Below are positions 1 to 9,531 of a DNA stretch of 64,000 nt, piece after piece. Made by a program: the position numbers and the translations under genes. The stretch lies in the NCBI GenBank assembly GCA_026936335.1, contig JAPMXV010000003.1, positions 1 through 64,000 of the forward strand, given 5' to 3'. Below the pieces are notes generated by a model. That model saw only the letters and a list, made by a program, of their open reading frames with translations. It made no database searches and had not been told where the DNA came from. Position 1 is the first letter of the stretch. Each line of letters starts with the position of its first letter. Origin of the DNA: Mantamonas sphyraenae STR306. Its lineage: Eukaryota; Protista; CRuMs.

Positions 1-165
1 CCTAACCCTAACCCTAACCCTAACCCTAACCCTAACCCTAACCCTAACCCTAACCCTAACCCTAACCCTAACCCTAACCCTAACCCTAACCCTAACTCTA
101 ACCCTAACCCTAACCCTAACCCTAACCCTAACCCTAACCCTAACCCTAACCCTAACCCTAACCCT
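1..165. repeat. Telomere, (CCCTAA)n = TTAGGG-type repeats; left chromosome end
   Basis: About 27 tandem CCCTAA hexamers from base 1 to 165, with one CTCTAA variant near 96-101. Confidence 0.99.
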
Positions 166-429
166 GTTTGGGTGTTAGACTGTTGTGTTGGTCCGGTCTA
201 TGTCAGGTGAGTTGTGCTTGTGCTTGCTGGCGGTGTGACTGATTGCGCGGTGATATGGGGCAGTGGGCGTTGGGTAGGAGTGGAAATGTTGTTGGGTAGT
301 GGCCGTCGTCCTGCAACGACGCGCAGTCAGCACTGCCCATCCGCCTTCAACCAAAATATCACCAACACCCACAACTCCCTCCACCAGTCCAACACAATCC
401 ACATACACTCCAGTACCACCACCACCATC

Positions 430-3400
430 ATGGACAAGGACTACTCAAGCACTCCCAAGCAACAACCCACACCCAACACCTACCCAGCGTGCGTTCTGCC
501 TTCCACTCCGTTTTCTGACTGCCCGCTCCTCCCGCTTCCGTGCTTCCTCCATGCCTCCCTCGCTTCCCTGCACTCCTTCCCTGCATCTTCACTTCCCCAT
601 CACCTCCGCCGCTGCCTTCTCCGCTCTTCTCCGATCCCCTCTCCGCAGTCACTGCCCTCCCCGTTGCCAGTTTCCGCGTCTGCCAATCTCCTCCGTTTTC
701 CCTCTCTGCTCGTTCCAGCCTCCCTCCACCCCTGCTTCTGCTCTAACGGCGTCCATTCCGCCTCCTGCTCACCGTTCCCTCCCCGCCCTTCCCCTCCCGA
801 CTCCCCACAGCTACGCGTACATGGTCCCTCCCATGGCTGCCCAGCCGTTTCCGAACATGCTGCCCGTCTCTGGCGTGCAAAACCCGTACCACCACCCACA
901 ACCACCCATCGTCTGGATCCCTGTCAACACGCATTCTCAGCAACACTATGCATATGCTCATCAGAGCCATCCATACTACGCCTACCCTCCTCCGCCGCCT
1001 CCTCAGCCGCGACAAACCGCCCAGGTGCGCTTGGCTGAGACTCCGTTGCACCCTCCGCCTGCTCAACCCACCACAAACCACTACCGCGTCCCCAAACGCG
1101 TCAGCCCTGCCTTTGTCGGCATCACACAGACCACATCCACAACCACATCGTCGTCTTCCTCCCACCAGACCACACGGCAGACTGGAGACAGCGACGACGA
1201 CGACGCAGACCATTACACACACACACATGACACCGGCGACGTGGAGGACCTGATGGTACTGAACTTTGGCCACCGTGAACCACGGTCAGTCTCCAGCAAC
1301 ACGGAGTGGATGACCAGCTCAGGGATGGAGGCGTACGAAGAAGACGGCGAGGCAAACGACGCAACCCAGCAGCACGTGGACGACGAGGTGGACACTCAGG
1401 GCGCACTCAGCTTTGCAGACACTGGTGATACCATGGATGAGGAGTACATGCCGCAAGATGACAGCGACGACGACACAGACGACATCGAACAGGAGGACTC
1501 GGACGAGTGGCAGCCGAGAGTCACAATTAGAGGCCACCGACGAGGAAAACACGCCAGTCGTCTTGCTGGTCCACCAAAGATGAAAGGCAGCGGACAGCGT
1601 AGGCTCAGGGTCACGGCTGGCAGTGGCACGGAGACAGGAACGTCGAGCACACGAGCAAGGAGGGCCAAGAACGGAGACAACGGTGCACGGAAGAAAGCAG
1701 GCTTGCACAAGACGAATAAGTTGCCAGATGGTGTTGTGCGCAAAGGGTGGACAGCGGGACACAGTGACGAGCGCAGCCACAGCAACAAGAAGGAGCACTC
1801 GGCACTGCTGAGGCACATGCACACCCTGGCCAACGAGCATCCCCTCGACGACATACCCGACCTCATGACCCTGCAGGCGCGTGTTGTGGTTTGCCATGGC
1901 ACCCTGACCACGCTGATTCGACAGATCTTGCTCGCTATGGGCAACGTTCCCCTCTCCCAGGGCGACATGGCCCTCTGCCTTACCCTTTTCGGCCGTAACT
2001 TGGATCAAAATTCGTGCGGTCTCGCCGTCAAGAACGCTATTCTGGCTATGGGTGTGACTGGGGATGGGTTGAAGGTGTGCTGGCTGGAGGAGTCACATGA
2101 CCACGACGACCCCAACTACGCCCTCCTCCACTTGCTCATGACAGAGATGGACACTCTCGGCGACAGACTTCATCCCACTACTTGGAAGGAGCACACGCAG
2201 ACCAAGCTGGTGCTGCAGAAAGCACGACGCCCTGCTGACAACGACAGCGACCCACACTGGACACAATGCGACTACGACCACCACCTTACCACCACCAACG
2301 TGGACAAGTGGCATCCCGAGTCTGTGCGCAGAGGTTGGAGCACACACCTGCACAACGACGAGCGTGGAAGCTGCACGGCGCGGGAGTTCCAGACGCTGTT
2401 GGCACACATGAAGGCACGCGCAGCCAAGCACCCTCGCCATCAGCACACACACGAGCACCAGTCACTACGTGAGCTGATCAACAACGGCAACCTGCTGTCC
2501 CTGGTGCGACACGTCATCCTGGCGGTGGGCAACGTTGGCGTGCCGCCTGTCGACCTGGCCTTCTTTGTCCGCCTCCTCAGGCCACACCTCACCTACCAGC
2601 AGGTGCAAGGAGCCATCAGCAACACTCTCGCCCGTGGCGTCACCTCCCTCTCCCTCAAGATCGCCTGGCTTGACAAGCCCAAACGCAGCGACACCACACT
2701 GCACACCCTCCTCCACACCCTCATCGACCGCATCACACCCCACATCACCACCCGCCCCACCACCGTCGACGACGTCAACTCACTCGACATCTCCGAGCTT
2801 GTTCTGCCCGAGCCAACAGAGGAAGAGATGATGGCCGTGGAGGATGGACTGCCAGATGGCGTTGTGCGCAGTGGCTGGACAACATGGCGCAAGAGCGAGC
2901 GCAGCCACAGCAACAAGAAGGAGCACACGGCACTGCTGAACCACATGCACGCTCTGGCCAACGAGCATCCCAACGACGACATCACCGACCTCATGATCCT
3001 GCAGGCGCGTGTTGTGGTCTGCCATGGCACCCTGAACACGCTGGTCCGACGTATTCAGCTCGCTCTGGGCAACATTCCCCTCTCCCAGGGCGACATGGCC
3101 TTCTTCCTCACCCTTCTTGGCCGTGACATGGATCAACAGACGTGCAGAAAAGCCACCCCCCACGCTGGTCTGGCCATGGGTGTGACAAAGGCTGGGTTGA
3201 AGGTGTGCTGGCTGGAGGAACCACACGACCACGGCGACCCCAACTACGCCCTCCTCCACCTGCTCATGACAGAGATGGACAGTCTAGGCGACAGGACCCA
3301 TCCCACCACCTGGAAGGAGCACAAGCAGACCCAGCTGTGGCTGCAGGAAGCACGACGCCCTGCTGTCGACGACAGCGACCCACACTGGACACAGTGCGAC

Positions 3401-4009
3401 TACGACCACCACCTTCCCACCACCAAGGTGGACAAGTGGCGTCCTGAGTCTGTGCGCAGTGGCTGGGCCACGCACAGTCCCAACGACGAGCGTGGCAGCT
3501 GCACGGCACGGGAGTTCCAGACGCTGCTGGCACACATGAAGGCACGCGCAGCCAAGCACCCTCGCCATCAGTACGCAAACGAGCACCGAGCACTGCGTGA
3601 GCTGATCAACAACGGCGACCTGCTGTCCCTGGTGAGACACATCATCCTGGCGCTGGGCAACGTTCCCGTGCCGCCTGTCGACCTGGCCTTCTTTGTCCGC
3701 CTCCTCAGGCCACACCTCACCTACAAGCATGCAAAAGGTGCCATCAGCCACACCGTCACCCGCGGCGTCACCTCCCTCTCCCTCAAAATCGCCTGGCTCG
3801 ACAAACCCAAACCCAGCGACGCCACACTGCACACCCTCCTCCACACCCTCATCGACCGCATCACACCCCACATCACCACCCGCCCTACTACCGTCGCACT
3901 CGTCAACGCCTACCCCATCTCCTCCTTCACCCTCCCCAAGCGCAAAGTCCCTTCCTCCTCCTCCTCCGTCTTCTCCTCCTCCTCCTCCAAACGCCAACGC
4001 ATCGAATGA
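430..4009 (+). CDS. Subtelomeric uncharacterised protein, paralogue A (two copies of a ~375-aa domain; predicted join 430..488,811..4009)
   Basis: ATG 430 (MDKDYSSTPK...); GTGCGT...CCCCACAG intron 489-810 conserved in paralogue B; long open frame to TGA 4009; P/Q/H-rich and acidic N-terminus; C-terminal PKRK...KRQR NLS-like motif. Confidence 0.8.
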
Positions 4010-4304
4010 ACCACCCTTTCATTCACACATCCTTCCCAATCACCCTCCCCTCCCCAACCACCCAACCACCCTCAGCATCACCTCATCCGGCAGTGTCACC
4101 CACCCTTCCCACCCTGTCTCCTCCACATACTCCTCTATTCCACCACACCCCAACATCGCATCCTTCTCCCCCATTCACCACTCTTTATCCTCGTCCACCT
4201 GTGCACCCCACCCGTCCGCCTTCAACCACAATTTCACGAACACCCACAACACCCTCCAACAGTCCAACACAACCCACATACACTTAAGTACCACCACCTC
4301 CATC

Positions 4305-6743
4305 ATGGACAAAGACTACTCAAGCACTCCGAAGCAACAACCCACACCCAACACCTACCCAGCGTGCGTTCTGCCTTCCACTCCGTTTTCTAACTGCCCG
4401 CTTCTCCAGCTTCCTTGCCTCCTCCATGCTTCCGTCGCTTCCCTGCACTCCTCCCCCGCATCTCCACTTCCCCATCACCACCGCCGCTGCCTTCACCGCT
4501 CTTCTCCGATCCCCTCTCCCCTGTCACTGTCCTCCCCGTTGCCAGTTTCCCGGTCTGCCAATCTCCTTCGTTTTCCCCTCTTTGCTCGTTCCAGCCTCCC
4601 TTCACCCCTGCTTTTGCCCTGACGGTGTCCATTCCGCCTTCCGCTCACCGTTCCTACCCCGCCTTTCCCTTCCCCGTCTCCCCACAGCTACGCGTACATG
4701 GTCCCTCCCATGGCTGCCCAGCCGTTTCCGAACATGCTGCCTGCCTCTGGCGTACAAAACCCGTACCAGCATCCACAGCCACCCATCATCTGGGTCCCTG
4801 TCAACACCCATCCCCAGCAGCACCACGCATATGCTCATCAGGGCCACCCATACTACGCCTACCCTCCTCCGCCGCCTCCGCAGCCGCGACAAACCGCCCA
4901 GGTGCACTTCGCTCAGCCTCCGTTGCACCCTCCGCCTGCTCAACCCGCCTCAAACCACAACCGCGTCCCCAAACGCATCAGCCCTGCGTTTGTCGGCATC
5001 ACACGGACCACATCCACCACCACATCGTCGTCCTCCTACCACCAGGCCACACGGCAGACTGGAGACAGCGAAGAGGACGACGACGCAGACCAGGACACAC
5101 ACACACAAGACACCGGCGACGTGGAGGACCTGATGTTCCTGAACTTCGGCCACCATGAACCATGGTCAATCTCCAGCACAACAGAGTGGATGACCAGCTT
5201 AGGGATGGAGGCGTACGAAGAAAACGGCGAGGCAAACGACGCAACCCAGCAGCACGTGAACGACGAGTTGGAAACGCAGGGCGCACTCAGCTTTGTAGAG
5301 ACTGGTGATACCATGGATGAGGAGTACATGCCGCAAGACGACAGCGACGATGACACAGGCAACATGGAGCAGGAGGACAAAGACGAATGGCAGCCGAGAC
5401 TCACAATTAGAGGCCACCGACGAGGAAAACACGCCAGCCGTCGTACCGGTTCACAACAGGTGAATGGCAGCGGACTGCGCAGGCTCAGGATCACGGCTGG
5501 CAGTGGCACAGAGACAGGAACGTCGAGCACACGGGCAAGACGGGCCAAGAACGGAGACAACGGCGCACTTAAGAAAGCAGGTGTGCACAAGACGAACAAG
5601 TTGCCAGATGGCGTTGTGCGCAAAGGGTGGACAGCTGGACACAGTGACGAGCGCAGCCACAGCAACAAGAAGGAGCACACGGCACTGCTGAACCACATGC
5701 TCACCCTGGCCAACGAGCATCCCATCGACGACATCTCAGACCTCATGACACTTCAGGCGCGTGTTGTGGTCTGCCATGGCACCCTGTTGACGCTTGTCCG
5801 ACAGATTCAGCTCGCTCTGGGCAACATTCCCCTCTCCCAGGGCGACATGGTCTTCTGCCTCACCCTTCTCGGCCGCGATATGGTTCAAAAGGCATGCAGC
5901 GCTGTCATCCTCCACGCTGGTCTGCCCATGGGTGTGACAAAGGCTGGGTTGAAGGTGTGCTGGCTGGAGGAGCCACACGACCACGGCGACCCCAACTACG
6001 CCCTCCTCCACCTGCTCATGACAGAGATGGACACTCTTGGCAACAGGTCCCATCCCACCACCTGGAAGGAGCACACGCAGACCCAGCTGTGGTTGCAGAA
6101 AGCACGACGCCCTGCTGACAACGACAGCGACCCACACTGGACACAATGCGACTACGACCACCACCTCACCACCACCAACGTGGGCAAGTGGCATCCTGTG
6201 TCTGTGCGCAGAGGCTGGAGCAATTCCGGTCACGACGAGCGTGGCAGCTGCACGGCGCGGGAGTTCCAGACGCTGCTGGCACACATGAAGGCACGCGCAG
6301 CCCAGCACCCTCTCCATCAGCACGCACACGAGCAACAGGCACTTCGTGAGCTGATCAACAACGGCAGCAAGCTGTCCCTTGTGCGACACATCATCCTGGC
6401 GCTGGGCAACGTTGGCGTGCCGCCTGTCGACCTGGCCTTCTTTGTCCGCCTGCTCAGGCCACACCTCACCTACCTGCAGGTTGTCAGTGCCATCAGCAAA
6501 TCCCTCACCCGCGGCGTCACCTCCCTCTCCCTCAAGATCGCCTGGCTCGACAACCCCAAACCCAGCGACGCCACACTGCACACCCTCCTCCACATCCTCA
6601 TCGACCGCATCACACCTCACATCACCACCCGTCCCACCACATCCGCACTCGTCCACGCCTACCCCATCCCCTCCTTCACCCTCCCCAAGCGCAAAGACCC
6701 TTCCTCCTCCTCCTCCTCCTCCAAACGCCAACGCCTCGAATGA
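4305..6743 (+). CDS. Subtelomeric uncharacterised protein, paralogue B (one copy of the domain; predicted join 4305..4363,4688..6743)
   Basis: Near-identical exon 1, intron and N-terminus to paralogue A at offset ~3875 bp; open to TGA 6743. Confidence 0.8.
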
Positions 6744-6794
6744 ACCATCTCCATTTCCCTCCCCATCACCACGCGATCTCATCAAACGCCCCAC

Positions 6795-9503
6795 TCACAC
6801 CCACCCTCCTCGCCCACCCGCCGCCTCCTCCACCTCCCCACCAACCCCACCGACCCAATCCCGAAACACCGCCCCTTCACGCCCCTGCTTTTTGGCCACC
6901 GCACGCCGCACACCCTCCACAAACCCTTCCCTCACCTCCCCGAGACTCGCACCCATCCTTTCGCCCCGTTTCTCCACCGTTGCCACCGCCACCTGCCCCA
7001 TCCACCGCGCTAGCTCCTCCACCGCCCTTCCAAACCACCGTAGTTCCACACGACGCATCTCTCTGCACATGCACACCATTTTCATCCCCACCAGCGTTCC
7101 AAACTCCACACTGTTCACACGCACCGTCTCCCTGCTGTTCACCCGCCCCGCAAACAGGCTCCCGTGGCACCGGTTCACCACCAGCGCCTTCAGCTTCGCC
7201 ACAACATCGTCCCCTCCCGCCCCACGCTCCAACGTCAACCCGTCCGACAAGTACTCCCCTGCATACCGCCCGTAGTTGGCTCGCACTTCCAGTGTCCTCA
7301 CGTCAAAGAGCACCTGGATCCACCCAAACTCCTTGTCCTCCACAACTGCATCCTTCGCCACATCGCTTGCGTAGCTCACACGTGTCTTGCTCCTGTTCAC
7401 CGTACACCCGTATTCCTCCAACCCTCCTTGCATCACCTCCAAGAACCTCTCCACCCGCCCTCGGCTCCTGCTCACCAGCAAAAAGTCGTCAATCAGCCGC
7501 AACAGCACCGTCCCGCCACTACTGTCTTCCACAATCGACCCCAGCGCTTCCCTTTCCATCGCCGCATACGTCAAGCTGCACAGCATCGACGACAGCAGCG
7601 AACCCTGCGCGATCCCACAACGCACTCGAAAGTATCGCCCCTCCAGGCGCACCACTTGTCCAAACACATGCGCGTTCACCTGTCGAAGCAACTGCTCCCG
7701 ACCCACAATCCAGTACCCGTGGTCGGTCAGCCGCTTGCCCGGGCCACCCCACCTCTCCACAAACGCCCCAAAGTCAAACGCCTCCGCCTCTTCCAGACTG
7801 TGCGCCGCCCGCTTCATGACCCCGTTCTCCGCATACCTCCGTACCACATACTCCTCCTCCGTCATGGTTTCCTTCACCACCCGCCACACCGCCTCTTGCG
7901 ACAGCTGGTCAAAGCTGCTGCGGATGTCCACCGATGCAAAAAACACCTCTTCGCCACGATTGCACTCCGCAAACTCGCCCCATCGTCCCAGAAGCTCCTC
8001 CACCCCAAACATAGACGCTCCCAGACGCCAAGGTTCGCGCTTGGTCTCCAGCTTCAACACTGCATACACGTCCCGCAGCTGGCTGTTGATCGATGGCCGC
8101 TGCACACGCTCCCCGCTCGCCAGGCGGAACACCTGGCCCCGCGACAGGTTGCTGATAGCACGGCACTTTCCGTTGCCCTTGGGTACAAACCGAGGCGTGT
8201 ACCATGCCACTTGCTCCGCCTCTACCCGTTCCTCCTGCCCACCGTCCAGCCCCACCAGCTGCCGCTCCTCGTACCCTTTCCGCGCACGCCCCTCCACCTC
8301 ACCCCACACCCAGTGACGAAAGAAAAACACCCTGTTGCGATGCTGCATCGCCTCCGTCACGTAGAATGCCCCTCGCACGACAGCAACCGCGAGCTCGCCC
8401 ACAATCCACCGCAACAGCCTGCACAGCATGAGCCGCTTTTCGCTCGCCCTGCCTACGAGCCATCCCACCTCACTTTCACGCACTCCCTGCCGCAGTCGTT
8501 CCTCGTCCATGCTCTCGTGTCGTCGTAGCCCCACAAAACTGCTTGCCGTGCTCAGCACCGCTGCACGATTGCTTTCGCTCCCCAGCAATTCCGCAGGCAG
8601 CACGCGTTGAAGCACACGCCGCACATACCCTTGCACCTGCGCAGTACTGCTGCATCGCTGCAAAAGCTCCTGCATCTCCATCTCCTTCTGCCGCTCCACA
8701 AACTCCGCGTCAAGCTCACACGATGCACGCAGCACCTCTCCGTAAGCGAGCTCTCCATGACGCCTAAGCACCTCCTGCAGCAACCCCACACTCCCTCGCA
8801 CACTCTCAGGCACCTTGTCCCCATCCAGTCCAAACACTTCCGCGGCCAGCGCCCGCCCTTTACGCCGCGACGCAGGTTGCAACCTGTTTAGCGCGTGCTC
8901 CTTCTCCACGCCCTGCACAACTCCACTCCCCCCAGCGTAAAACATTCTCGACCGTTCCAAAGTGCCTTTCCGTGCCACCCGCTGCCTCTTCCGCTCCCTC
9001 TCTGGCCCTTGCGCCCCTACCCCTGCCCGCAGAACTGGGCCGCAAATCTGCACCAGACTCCCTGCCTTGCCTTGCCTTGCAAACACCACACAGTGGCGCA
9101 GCAGCTGCCGCATAGCTCCCTCTCCAATCCTCTCCAGCAGCCTCTGCCATGCGGCTCCACACACCGTCTCGTGCGCCCAGCTTGCCCCCGTCCGAACGAC
9201 CTGATCACCTACTCGCGCAAACGACGCCGTCCCCGCAAGCTCCCCAGCGACTTGGCACCCCACCGCCAAGCAGTGGTCCGGCCTCCCACGCCCTGCAAAC
9301 AGCTCCTCCGTCACCTCGCTCACCACCTCCCGGATGCTCACCCCAGCCTCCCCTGCTCCTTCCCCAACTCCGCCGACACTCTTTGGCGACCGGCCCACGT
9401 CCACCACCACTCCTCCCAGCCCCATCCCCTCCAATCCGCCCACCCCTAGATACCTGCCCAGACCCACCAGCTGCTCCTCGCTTGGCTCACGAGCCCGTTT
9501 CAT
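6795..9503 (-). CDS. TERT: Telomerase reverse transcriptase (~902 aa, intronless)
   Basis: GQ/TEN motif (WQRLLERIGEGAMRQLL...VQICGP), QFP (QVQGYVRRVL...LLGSESN), T motif (FYVTEAMQHRNRVFFFRHWVW), motifs 1/2 (RFVPKGNGKCRAISN), A (FASVDIRSSFDQL), B' (GIAQGSLLSSMLC), C (LLRLIDDFLLVS), D (GCTVNRSKT); ATG 9503 is the first Met downstream of the POLE2 stop. Confidence 0.97.
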   Translation of the reverse strand: MKRAREPSEEQLVGLGRYLGVGGLEGMGLGGVVVDVGRSPKSVGGVGEGAGEAGVSIREVVSEVTEELFAGRGRPDHCLAVGCQVAGELAGTASFARVGDQVVRTGASWAHETVCGAAWQRLLERIGEGAMRQLLRHCVVFARQGKAGSLVQICGPVLRAGVGAQGPERERKRQRVARKGTLERSRMFYAGGSGVVQGVEKEHALNRLQPASRRKGRALAAEVFGLDGDKVPESVRGSVGLLQEVLRRHGELAYGEVLRASCELDAEFVERQKEMEMQELLQRCSSTAQVQGYVRRVLQRVLPAELLGSESNRAAVLSTASSFVGLRRHESMDEERLRQGVRESEVGWLVGRASEKRLMLCRLLRWIVGELAVAVVRGAFYVTEAMQHRNRVFFFRHWVWGEVEGRARKGYEERQLVGLDGGQEERVEAEQVAWYTPRFVPKGNGKCRAISNLSRGQVFRLASGERVQRPSINSQLRDVYAVLKLETKREPWRLGASMFGVEELLGRWGEFAECNRGEEVFFASVDIRSSFDQLSQEAVWRVVKETMTEEEYVVRRYAENGVMKRAAHSLEEAEAFDFGAFVERWGGPGKRLTDHGYWIVGREQLLRQVNAHVFGQVVRLEGRYFRVRCGIAQGSLLSSMLCSLTYAAMEREALGSIVEDSSGGTVLLRLIDDFLLVSRSRGRVERFLEVMQGGLEEYGCTVNRSKTRVSYASDVAKDAVVEDKEFGWIQVLFDVRTLEVRANYGRYAGEYLSDGLTLERGAGGDDVVAKLKALVVNRCHGSLFAGRVNSRETVRVNSVEFGTLVGMKMVCMCREMRRVELRWFGRAVEELARWMGQVAVATVEKRGERMGASLGEVREGFVEGVRRAVAKKQGREGAVFRDWVGGVGGEVEEAAGGRGGWV

Positions 9504-9531
9504 TCCTTCCTTGCGTTGCGCACCCTCGCGC

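Larger units (their letters stand above)
335..6743 (+). repeat. Tandem segmental duplication (units ~335-4009 and ~4210-6743), with an internal ~1.13-kb domain duplication in unit 1
   Basis: Direct similarity starts at TCCGCCTTCAACCA (~340 and ~4215); domain copies start near 1721, 2849 and 5601 (TGCCAGATGGxGTTGTGCGCA). Confidence 0.95.

Noticed and set aside
150-345. Telomerase RNA gene (template plus pseudoknot)
   Set aside because: The only template-like sequence is the telomere itself; the pairings are explained more simply by an inverted duplication; no other TR elements are recognisable
430-6743. Subtelomeric genes as transposases or gag proteins
   Set aside because: No DDE, HUH, tyrosine-recombinase or CCHC motifs seen; no TIRs or TSDs; a conserved spliceosomal intron is present
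6795-9503. Telomeric Penelope-like (Athena/Coprina) or non-LTR retroelement RT
   Set aside because: Has TERT-specific GQ, QFP and T motifs; no endonuclease, terminal repeats or interspersed telomeric repeats
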